Part shown: positions 53,712 to 64,000 of the stretch, in pieces | Position numbering within the stretch: the stretch's first letter is position 1 | Layout: the number at the start of each line of letters is the position of its first letter | Origin: Octopus sinensis | Lineage: Eukaryota | Assembly (NCBI RefSeq): GCF_006345805.1 | Contig: NC_043015.1 | Coordinates: 21,948,001 to 22,012,000 of the forward strand | Reading direction: 5' to 3' | Length of the DNA stretch: 64,000 bases | Made by a program: the position numbers and the translations under genes | Notes under the pieces: model-generated | Database searches by the model: none | Told to the model about the DNA's origin: nothing | What the model saw: the letters and a program-made list of their open reading frames with translations, nothing else

Positions 53712-54376
53712 TTTTATACTCCAAACACAAGGCCCAAAATTTTGGGGGAGGGGCCAGCCGATTAGATCGACCCCAATGCGCAACTGGTATTTAATTTATT
53801 GACCCCGAAAGGATGAAAGAAAATGTCGACCTCTGCGGAATTTGAACTCAGAACATAGACAAAATATCACTAAGCATTTCCCCAGGAGTGCTAACGTTTC
53901 TGCAAGCGAGCCTAAGTATATTTATTTCTTTATTACACACAGGGGTCTAAACATAGAGGGGACAAACAAGGACAGACAAAGGGATGAAGTCGATTACATC
54001 GACCCCAATGCGTAACTGGTACTTATTTAATCGACCCCGAAAGGATTAAAGGAAAAGTCGACCTCGGCGGAATTTGAACTCAGAAAGTAAAGATAGACAA
54101 AATACTGCTTAGTATTTCGCTCGTTGTACTAACGTTTCTTATTTCTTTATTACCCAGAAGGGACTAAACATAGAGGGGACAAAGAAGGCATACAAACGGA
54201 TTAACTCTAATACATAGACCCCAGTGTTTAAGTGGTACTTAATTTATCCACCCCGAAAGGATGAAAAGCAAAGTCGACCACGGCGGAATTTGAACTCAGA
54301 ACGTAACGGCAGACGAAATACCTCTAATCATGTCGCCCGGCGTACTAACGACTCTGCCAGCTTGCCTAAGTATATT
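53712..54376 (-). mobile_element. Composite of three family-1 SINEs with a 13-bp direct repeat
   Basis: Minus strand order: tail1 copy, tail1 copy, tail2 copy. gcctaagtatatt occurs at 53910-53922 and 54364-54376. Confidence 0.85.
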
Positions 54377-55315
54377 GTTAACTGAAGGAGTAAATACACC
54401 GGTGAAGAATTTAATTTTAGTGTTTTTAAGAATATTTTAAACTTATGACACAGTAACAGAATATATAGCAGTAATATAATGGTTTCTATTGAGTTCATTG
54501 TAATATAACTTCTTCGTTGAATATTATTCGCTTGTAAAACATATCAAAAATCAATATATAACACATCTCATCTTCACCTAATAAAGTGATAAAGTTTTTT
54601 TTTTTTTTCAGACATTGTTTAACAGAATATAATTAACTGAGACAACAAAATGTTAATTGTTATTTCAACACAACTTGACATACACTTGCCAGTAATTAAA
54701 TTAGTTTTCTCAAAATATATAGTTAGAAGAACAACAAAAAAATTCATGTCGGTTGTTCTTGTTTCATAATTATTTAAATGTTGCTGCCTTTTAACTTTAA
54801 TTATTTACACCGCAAAATAGAGGTGTTACACATAAACGGAAGAAGCAAAAATAAAGTCTGGTGAAAAAGAAAAAAAAACAACGATGTGTTAAGTTCAAAC
54901 GAAATTAGCTTTAGGTTATTAATAGTTTAGTTTTTATATTTTCTTTTGAATTTTTTGTTTTCAATTTTCTGGAGGCTGCAAGTTGTGTTAATGTAAGGTA
55001 TTGTAAGAGGAGAGTCAAGATTTCCGAGAATTAGATTTCCTTCACAAATACTTATACTTTTTCCAGCGCCCACTGTCGCTGATATTGAAAAAGTGAAATC
55101 AAACAATGATAAATATCAAAGTGAGTTATATACAGTAGCGGTAACACATCGTGACGTATTTTTGCCATTTCAATATGGCTAACCCCTAAGGGTGGATGCT
55201 ACTGTAGTTTTTAGCCCCAGGAGGACACACTCCTCCAGCTGGCCATAGACACACTATCTGTGTCCTGTCAGTATTTGCAAAGGGAAGTCATCCTTCCCGT
55301 CTTCAACTTATGATA

Positions 55316-55360
55316 CACACGGACTCGAGTTTCGAGGTATTGACCTCTCGTCAGCGTGTG
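55316..55360 (-). ncRNA. Type I hammerhead ribozyme, intact core
   Basis: Exact reverse complement of 55627-55671; predicted cleavage between 55322 and 55321 on the minus strand. Confidence 0.9.
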
Positions 55361-55626
55361 ACAATCATAGTTGTCGCCGAGAATTAGATTTCCTTCACAA
55401 ATACTTATACTTTTTCCAGCGCCCACTGTCGCTAGCATCCAACCTTAGGGGTTAGCCATATTGAAATGGCAAAAATACGTCACGATGTGTTACCGCTACT
55501 GTATATAACTCACTTTGATATTTATCATTGTTTGATTTCACTTTTTCAATATCAGCGACAGTGGGCGCTGGAAAAAGTATAAGTATTTGTGAAGGAAATC
55601 TAATTCTCGGCGACAGCTATGATTGT

Positions 55627-55671
55627 CACACGCTGACGAGAGGTCAATACCTCGAAACTCGAGTCCGTGTG
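55627..55671 (+). ncRNA. Type I hammerhead ribozyme, intact core
   Basis: CACACG CTGACGA GAGGT-CAAT-ACCTC GAA AC-TCGA-GT C CGTGTG: 6-bp stem I extended by ATGAT/ATCAT and CAGCT/AGTTG, canonical CUGANGA and GAAA, 5-bp stem II closed by G10.1-C11.1, GUC cleavage site after 55665, palindromic ACTCGAGT stem III. Confidence 0.9.
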
Positions 55672-56043
55672 TATCATAAGTTGAAGACGGGAAGGATGAC
55701 TTCCCTTTGCAAATACTGACAGGACACAGATAGTGTGTCTATGGCCAGCTGGAGGAGTGTGTCCTCCTGGGGCTAAAAACTACAGTAGCATCCACCCTTA
55801 GGGGTTAGCCATATTGAAATGGCAAAAATACGTCACGATGTGTTACCGCTACTGTATATAACTCACTTTGATATTTATCATTGTTATATATATATATATA
55901 TATATAACATATATATATATATGTTTGTATGTGTGCATGTGTATGTATACATGTATGTATGTGTGTGTATGTAAGAATGCATATGTGTGTATGTATATCT
56001 ATATATATATGCATGTATATATATATTCATATATCTATAAGTG

Positions 56044-56084
<41 letters not shown>

Positions 56085-56103
56085 ATATATGTGTATATAT
56101 ATG

Positions 56104-56150
<47 letters not shown>

Positions 56151-56199
56151 ATAATTCAGTAAATGGTGGGGTTGTGTTAACCGCACGTGGAGAACTTCA

Positions 56200-57000
56200 C
56201 GCACCACATCCAACCCCATCAGTTAAAAAAATGTGGGCGCCCTAACTGTGGCACCTGCCCCTTCCTACTTGAAAACTCTGAACTTAATTTCAAACAAGGA
56301 ACAAAGTTCAAAATCAAAACCAACTTCTCCTTTTCCTCCGAGAACCTCATCTATGTTCTCACATGCGCTGGTTGCTAACATAATTGTGTTGGACAATATA
56401 GCCTTCCTTTACGCAGACGAGTACCGGTCCATAAAGAACAGATAAATCTCCCACAATACCGTCAAATTCCACTCAGTAGCCACATAGAATCTTGCGCTAG
56501 AGATAAAAATCCCAAATTTTACATATTCCCTTTCTACTAATGTAAAGACAGAATATCTACACAACAAAGAATCAACAAGGTGAATGTTTTTATTGAAAAA
56601 TTACAAACGTGTCTCAATAGGCAAACTCCACGGTGACCTTTTTCTAGCATCCTATCTGACATAAAAATTATATAAGCATCCTGTTTGAAAAAAAAATCCA
56701 GCATTCCTATTAAAGAGCATAAAATCCACAGAAATGTCTCCCCTTACTCATAGGAACTGGATAACTCCTTCCCCATGTCCTGTTATGATACACAATCACC
56801 CAACTCTTTCAAACTAAACACTACATTTAAATACATGCATCGTAATCCTCCAAAGAAGTTTTTCCGAGGACTAATATTTAACTCTAAAAGCATAAGACAC
56901 TATAACGTAGTGGTATATTTATTTATTAATTTTTATATTTATGTTTTATTATTTTTTTGAAAAATCATTGTGATTTTCATTTTCCCCTTCCCGAATTAAA
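56200..57000 (+). mobile_element. 5'-truncated Penelope-like element (Zn-knuckle, GIY-YIG endonuclease, 3' UTR), pseudogenised
   Basis: KKCGRPNCGTCPFL..NFSFSSENLIYVLTCAGC*HNCVGQ..LRRRVPVHKEQI..IPLSSHIESCA..KFYIFPFY..RINKVNVFIEKL; homologous to 557-960 (-). Confidence 0.85.
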
Positions 57001-57151
57001 AAAATTACTTTTCCCTTCCAAATTTTGAAAATTTGCCTTGCTATAAAAGTCGATTAGGTTTATTACTTTTTCTTTTTTAAATTTTCATACATCCAATTTT
57101 ATTAAAATTGACTTTCAATTTAGCATTCTGCATTATTATAATTTTACCTCT

Positions 57152-57202
<51 letters not shown>

Positions 57203-57389
57203 GAGAAAGAAGCAACAAGAATGGATTGGTTTTTTGTACTAAAAACCAATCCATTCTTGTTGCTTCTTTCCCGTTTATAATCACCCCACATTACCGTATG
57301 GATAACACCATATAGTTTTTCTGGTGCATCTAAGTTAAGTACCACATTCAAGTAAATTCATTGGAAGTTACTTGAATCTTAATTGCTTT

Positions 57390-57458
<69 letters not shown>

Positions 57459-57568
57459 GTATATATATATATATAATATATATATATACATACATAGATA
57501 CATACATAGATACATACATACATACATACATACATACATACATACATACATACATACATACATAGGTG

Positions 57569-57697
57569 CAAGCATGGTTCCGGATTCAGTCCCACTGCGT
57601 GACACCTTGGGTAGGTGTCCTCTACTAAAACCTCGGGCCGACCAAAGCCTTGTGAGTGGATTTGATAGACGGAAACTAAATGAAGCCCACCGTATAT
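57569..57697 (+). mobile_element. Family-2 SINE 5' half
   Basis: atggttccggattcagtcccactgcgtgacaccttggg..tcgggccgaccaaagccttgtgagtggattt. Confidence 0.85.
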
Positions 57698-57699
57698 TT

Positions 57700-57940
<241 letters not shown>

Positions 57941-57950
57941 GCATACTTTT

Positions 57951-57988
<38 letters not shown>

Positions 57989-58524
57989 AAGAGCTGAATC
58001 CATTGAAGTAAGCGTACACTTGCACCAGTTCTGTGCTGTGACGGTAAGAAACTCCTAATAATCTTCTTTTAAAGAAGCTGTGTTTTACATTTTATGTAAA
58101 AATTATTGGATTTAAAAATTATTGTCGATATATGTAGTAAAATATATAGAAATAAAATATTCCATCTGGTGCTTTTGACATAAAGTCAATATGTTCTTTC
58201 TGAAATTTGAGAAAATAAAATGCTGATTAACCACTTTAATCTTAAAAGATACCGAAACGTATAAGTGTCGGTGTAGGAGAGGGAATGATGAAATATTTAA
58301 TATGATTGAAATGGCGTTGTTATTGAAAGGCGGATATTTTCGTTATTAGATTAAAGTGTAACACGTTAGAATAAATATATTTATTACGCTTTGTGTCCTT
58401 TAATGAACTAGATTTGTTCACATAATGAAGCTACCTTTGAGCGGTTGCTAGATCCGCCTAATATGGTAATTAAATTCTCATGTATATCGCATTTTACTTT
58501 CTTAAGTAATGGAAAGCCATATAC

Positions 58525-58760
58525 GGAAAACCCCGCAAGGTTCAGTTCTTGTGCCTGGGTGGTGGCTTGTGTGACTCTCTGAGCTATGACAGTGGAGCGC
58601 AGTGCTGGTTGGGTCTCTCCCGCTGACAGGTAAAAGGAAAGAGGTCACAATAATATGGAACACCTCTTCCTAGATTTAAACGTGTGTGCATAGGATCAAA
58701 GTCCTTACCGAGTAAAAACGAAAGTTATATAAACCTTGATGACTATAAAAAAACTAACAC
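58525..58760 (+). mobile_element. Possible decayed 5' UTR of an RTE-clade LINE
   Basis: aaaaccccgcaagg..ctcttcctagatttaaacgtgtgtgcataggatcaaagtccttaccgagtaaaaac resembles the RTE 5' UTR layout (..ggttg..gtgc.tagggc.aa.aaccc...gtaaaaa). From memory; no ORF follows. Confidence 0.35.
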
Positions 58761-59321
58761 GAGGTAAGCAAAGAAGAGCTTCACTTTGGGAAAACCATAA
58801 TGGTGTTCCCTAAAACAGAGGGACATATGCTACCTGGAATCAAGAAGGTTGGATGAAAATATGCGACGGCTTAATTTTCATACGTAGTGGAGTGCTTCAG
58901 TATCTATATTGGGAAACGCAATGTCAAGAATGAACTATTCCATTCCATTTTTTAAAACATAAACGCAGGAAATGGCTGTCTGGTTAAGACATTTACTTTG
59001 CAGTCCCGTTGTTTTATGTGTTTCAGTATGTTTGTACCTGTGTATTTTTGTATATTTGTCTCACCAAGAGCTTGATAACATGTGTTGGTTCCATATCTTA
59101 GAGGTTCAGCAAAAGTTAGATAGAAGATATACCAGACTTACATATAACAACTGAGTCGTTCGATTTCTTCGGCTAAACCTTTCAAGGCGGAACACCAACA
59201 TTACTCTAGTCTCATTACTGAAAAAAGTGGAAGTAAAATAAATGAATATGTTCGTTCGATCCACCCAGCCTGCGGTTAAACAACTGTAACTACTACAACA
59301 CAAACATAGCATTGATTTTCC

Positions 59322-59530
59322 TCTTTCTTTTATTTCTTTCGGTAATTTGACTGCGGCCATGCTGGAGTACCGCCTTTAGTCGAATAAATCTAAACCAGGG
59401 CTTATTCTTTGTAAGCCGAGGATTGATTCTATCGGTCTATTTAGCTGAACCGCTAAGTTACGGTGATGTAAACATACGAACATCAGTTACGAACCGATTT
59501 GGGGAAGGGGGCAAACACAGACACACCGGA
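59322..59530 (-). mobile_element. Family-2 SINE 3' half
   Basis: tttgactgcggccatgctggagtaccgcctttagtcga..ctgaaccgctaagttacgg..caaacacagacac. Confidence 0.85.
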
Positions 59531-59533
59531 TAC

Positions 59534-59595
<62 letters not shown>

Positions 59596-59702
59596 CATAT
59601 ATATATACATAAATATATATTCATATATATATACATATATATATACATATATATATATGTAAAAGTAAAAATTAATAAATAAATGAATAGAATAATATAA
59701 AA

Positions 59703-59746
<44 letters not shown>

Positions 59747-59760
59747 GATTGATTGATTCC

Positions 59761-59800
59761 AGTTTCAGCTTATGAGCTGTGGCCATGCTGGGGCACCGCC
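59761..59800 (-). mobile_element. Isolated SINE/LINE-type 3' tail
   Basis: Minus strand reads GGCGGTGCCCCAGCATGGCCACAGCTCATAAGCTGAAAC. Confidence 0.7.
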
Positions 59801-59809
59801 ATATATATA

Positions 59810-59960
59810 TTTAAAATTTATAAGTTTAAATTATTTAAATAATTTTAAAATTTTTACTTTTATATATTTTAAATTAATTTTATTTATGTGTTGGCTTATG
59901 ATTTTTCACTGTTTGATTTGTCTAATAGTGGTCTTATCTCTAATTTAATATAATATATAC
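59810..59960. repeat. Diverged copy of the repeat forming the 43033-43238 palindrome
   Basis: tatgtgttggctta..tgtttgatttgtctaatagtggtcttatctctaatttaatataat matches 43170-43238. Confidence 0.7.
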
Positions 59961-60054
<94 letters not shown>

Positions 60055-60085
60055 CACTCACACACACACATATATTTATATATAT

Positions 60086-61808
60086 ATCCTTAAATCCTTA
60101 AATCCTAAAAAATGTTTTAGCCCGAAGGCCACGGCCTTGCTGGGGCACCACCGCTGAATGAGCTACACTAATTTGTGAATCCACCTCTGATACGTGGCAC
60201 TTGATCAACAAGGGAGTTCGATGCTGCTGCCCGCATCTGTGTCTCCTGTCGTGAGATAGGTTCATCTGGGACTCCCGACAAGAAGAGATCCAGTTTAGTT
60301 TTAAAGAAACCCACATCCACACCATGTAAGTCTCTCAGGCATTTAGGGAGGATGTTATAGAGGTGTGGTCCTCTGAAACCCAGGCTGTTGCAGTATCTGG
60401 ACCTGTATTTTGATGGTGATGTTGGAATCCTTGGCACCATGCAGTGGTGCCCCGTCCTGCGGTTGGGGTAACTTTGAATGCCAAAGTTTGGGACAAGACC
60501 CTCCAGGATTTTTCAGATGTATATCACCGCATATCTCTCCCGCCTCCGCTCTAGGGAGAAGAGGTTTAATACCTTCAGTCTTTCCCAGTAGCTGATATTT
60601 TGCATTGAGACGATTTTCTTTGTGTAGCTTTTCTGAATTGCTTCAAGTTCTCCTGTTAGTTTTATATTGTGTGGTGACCACAGTTGGGAGCAGTAGACCA
60701 AGCGGCTGAGGACGAATGTTTTCCATAGGACCATCAGTGTCTCCTTCTCTCTTCTTCTGAAAGTTCGGAGAATCCATCCAGCTAGCCGTCTGCATTTTAT
60801 CACCAGATTAGCAATATGCACTTGGAAAGATGCATCATTGCTCATGTCAATGCCCAGGTCACGCACTGATTTTGACGCAGGGATTGCAATTCTTCCTGGG
60901 CCAGTGTATCCAGTCTGCACGTCGTTTACCTTTGTGTGCCAGTAGCGCAGGGCCTGGAACTTACCTGCACTAAACTGCATGTTGTTGTCCTCAGCCCACC
61001 TGTATATTTTCAGGGATTTGTACTGCGTGGGAGACTTTTGTGCCATCTGCATAGCTAGCAAGGGTGGTCATCGTAGCAACTGAAGGCATGTCTGAAAGGG
61101 CCACTATGAACATCAGTGGCCCCAAGACAGTGCCCTGTGGGACACCGCTTTCTATTTGTGTTTCCTTGGAGGTGGCTCCATTGCTCACAGCTGCCTGTTT
61201 TCTGTCTTTTAGGAAGTTGTGCAGCCACTCTCCAAGTTTTCCGCCTATGCCGAAACTAGACAGTTTGTGACAGATTATACCATGGTCGACCTTATCAAAG
61301 GCTTTTGCAAAGTCGAGATATATTACATCCACATTTGAGCCATTTAGTAGCTGTTTCAACACCCAGTCATAGTGTTGCAGGAGCTGTGTTAGGCAGCTTC
61401 TACCTGGTCGAAATCCATGCTGGGTGTCAGACAGCAAGTCATTTTCTTCAAGGAACATGATTAGTTTCTTACGGACTATTCGTTCCATGACTTTGATGAT
61501 GTGTGAGGTCAGAGATATAGGCCTATAATTTTTAGCATCTGCTCTGCTACCTCCCTTATGGATAGGGCATATTAGCCCCTCTTTCAATTTGACTGGAAGC
61601 TTACCCCTTGCAAGAAAGCTCTGAAAAAGAAGCTGTAGCGGTGTTGCAAGGGCTCGTTTGCACGATTTGAGAAGGATCGCTGGGAATCCATCAGGTCCAG
61701 CAGCTGAGTTTGTGTCAATCTCATCTATGACTAGTGTGATATCATCATCTTCGATGTTGATGTACTCAAATTTTGCCTCTTTGGCCGCAGGTAAAGTGGC
61801 AAAGAATT

Positions 61809-61810
<2 letters not shown>
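60086..61810 (-). mobile_element. 5'-truncated CR1-clade LINE (RT and C-terminus of ORF2, 3' UTR, (TTTAAGGA)n tail), pseudogenised
   Basis: SAAGPDGFPAILLK..PIHKGGSR..NYRPISLTSH..QHGFRPGRSC..YLDFAKAFDKVDH..SGVPQGTVLGPLMF..YADGTK (catalytic DD changed to DG). A frameshift near 61000-61040 leads to VRDLGI..SLERRRERY..LDLFLSGVPDEP. Tandem tail at 60086-60107. Confidence 0.95.
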
Positions 61811-61839
<29 letters not shown>

Positions 61840-61841
<2 letters not shown>

Positions 61842-62639
61842 TAGCAGTATTGCCCGGCTCGTGCCCTCGTGCGTTCTGTGCACGCGCGAATTGAGCTAAA
61901 CTTGGATGAAGTTCAATCAAAATTCAATTTTTTTTTTTTTAAATCAAGCATTTAATGCCCTCTTTTTTTGCGCTTATGTGTTCCATTTCCTCAATATTTG
62001 TTGATCAAATAATTGCATTGTTGAATTATTCTTTTATATCAGTATTTCTCAACGGGGATTTCAGGGGAGAGTTACATAGAGTCGCTGGCGATGTATCGTG
62101 ATGATCAAAAATCGGGCCTGCTAAAATTTGGTTAAAGTGATTCAAACTGCAGACTCAACGCAAAATGTTCACATTTAATTCAAAGCGTTAAAAATGTTAT
62201 GAAAACAATTGGTATCTGTTCACAAATTCCAAACGATTGATGCGTAAAACCCCTCCAGGCTACATCCAGAAAATTAATTTCTTTGCCGAATTTCTACAAT
62301 CTTACAGCGATTCGTTTTTATATCTTGATTTTGTTTTATTTTTCATGCAATTTACGCATGCTTGCACGCGTGGTGAACATAGTTCACGTCAAACAGCTGA
62401 CTGTTCACTATTCAATGCATGGGATGATGCCTAAACAAACACATTATCGATTTTTGCACTTGCGATATGAATTTCGGAACAGAAATAGCGCAGTTCAATT
62501 TTCATTCGCCTAAACTTTAAGTGACCCATTTTTGGTGGTTCTATGATTTGTTGGCTAGGAGGAGATGTGCCAGGAAGTTAAACACACAGACACACACACA
62601 GAAACACACACAGACACACCCACAGATACACAAGGTGAG

Positions 62640-62670
<31 letters not shown>
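61840..62670 (+). mobile_element. Non-autonomous Helentron/HINE (DINE-like) element
   Basis: Starts ACTAGCAGTATTGCCCGG after (TA)n and ends with an (ACAG/AC)n tract followed by TTTTATATATA..TAGAT; no ORF. The architecture matches this class from memory. Confidence 0.55.
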
Positions 62671-62689
62671 TAGATAGATATCTATATAC

Positions 62690-62830
62690 GACGGATTCTT
62701 TCAGTTTCCGTAGACCGAATTCATTCACAAAGCTTTTGTGGGCCCGGGGCTATAGTAGAAGACACTTGTCCAAGGCGCCACGCAGCGGGATTGAACCTGG
62801 AACCATGTGGTTCGTAAGCAAGCTACTTGC
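62690..62830 (-). mobile_element. Family-2 SINE 5' half (tRNA head)
   Basis: Minus strand: gagtggctgtgtggcaagtagcttgcttacgaaccacatggttccaggttcaatcccgctgcgtggcgccttggacaagtgtcttc, with A/B boxes. Confidence 0.85.
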
Positions 62831-64000
62831 CACACAGCCACTCTTGCGTCTCTGTCTAATTTCTGCAAGTGTGTGTCATTCTGTTCTTGTTGGAGGACTG
62901 AATACTTGTTGAAGATGCGCAGTTGATGAACTAAAAACAGTAAAATACTCAATCGTTTGACGATAGCTCATAGCACAGTGTATCTATCGCCGTTGATATT
63001 AGACATTTTAGGGAGAGGTACGGTCATTTATATGTCGTGTTCATTAATTCCCCTTTTTCTGTGAATGCAAAATCTATTGGAATTGTCCTCCATGTTAGAA
63101 ACCAATTAAATATGTAACGGTTAATTATCGGCCGGCCCCAGACATTTCTCAAATCTCTGTCGCTTTTCGAAATTTAGGAACACATATTTTTAGTATTGCT
63201 ATGAGATGGACGGTCTAAAATATCAGAATACTGGACATAACATTTGGCATAAATATTTACATGCATCCATTTATAGTCCAAATTAATATCCCACTGTGGT
63301 TTCGCTTTGTATCTTAATCATGGAGAGGATAAACACAATTACCATTGAACCACTCGTAACTATTGATACGTTATCACGACGCCTGAACAATTTATGTCCT
63401 TCTGTGGAAGCTAAAAGAAAAAGCTTTTATGTAATTAGAATAATCACTTAACGGGAGATCTGATTTTTCGATTCCCAAATAGTATGAGATCATAGATTAT
63501 TACCGCAAGAACATCATATATGTGTGTTGTGTGTGTCTATGTATGTCTTGTTATGAAGGAAGTGATCCGACTGAGCCTATACAAATCATCACTATTGAAT
63601 ATCAATTAATTAATCGTAGATTCTTAATGGATGGACATTAGACGCGAAAGACATTCCATGTTAATACTTATATGTTAAAGATTAACGGCATTGTTGGCGA
63701 AACGTTGTTGCTTTGATAAATACGTTGTCGGCGAATCAAGCACGCTTTGTCGTCTCAAGTAAAGTCGTTTCATCTCAATCTATTTTACTTTCTTCAGAGC
63801 TGCACATTTCACTTTTCACTCAAGGCAAACTAACAAAACACATCTAAAATATGGATAGAAAAGCAAAATAAAAAACAAAACAAAATAGTCTACTTACTAA
63901 AAATGCACTTCCAAGAAACATACACACAAAACACACACACGTACACACGCATATGTTATATAACTGTCAAAACAGAGAGATAACATAAAAATCATACATC

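Larger units (their letters stand above)
55024..55885. mobile_element. Putative non-LTR retrozyme insertion: 353-bp unit, two divergent greater-than-unit-length arms
   Basis: The period is exactly 353 bp in both arms (55024/55377; 55434/55787). Left arm 55024-55433 is minus-sense and right arm 55434-55885 plus-sense. There are only two substitutions (55442, 55616), no meaningful ORF, and one intact hammerhead per arm. Confidence 0.8.

Noticed and set aside
55444-55456. Telomere-like TTAGGGGTTAG next to the inversion junction
   Set aside because: It is a single imperfect unit that is part of a hairpin in the monomer, with no array.
55434-55786. Pol III promoter for the retrozyme (ACTCGAGTCC resembles a B box)
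   Set aside because: No convincing A box, and a T5 run at 55542-55546 on the sense strand would terminate Pol III.
55024-55885. CRISPR array or MITE interpretation of the repeat
   Set aside because: There is no repeat-spacer alternation, and the arms are circularly permuted tandem units rather than terminal inverted repeats with a TSD.

Overview
This is AT-rich, microsatellite-dense, non-coding animal DNA. The SINE families are ones I recognise from Octopus (Cephalopoda); the taxon call comes from repeat recognition, not a search. I could not establish any host protein-coding gene, and nearly all of the ORF track is (TA)n/(CA)n/(TAA)n translation noise. The window holds tRNA-derived SINEs (often nested), two Penelope-like (PLE) GIY-YIG fragments, a 5'-truncated CR1-clade LINE, RLE-type LINE 3' ends, mariner and Chapaev-like fossils, a Helentron/HINE-like element and a 100-N gap flanked by a ~1 kb duplication that is probably an assembly artefact. 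The highlight is 55024-55885: a very young, non-coding 353-bp unit present as two divergent arms, each longer than one unit (1.16 and 1.28 units, only 2 substitutions across all copies). Each arm carries an intact type I hammerhead ribozyme with a palindromic stem III, and the monomer is hairpin-rich. This fits a non-LTR retrozyme (circular-RNA retroelement) and lies ~300 bp from a Penelope endonuclease fragment. Several other fold-back repeats in the window carry minimal PLE-type hammerhead motifs in various states of decay.
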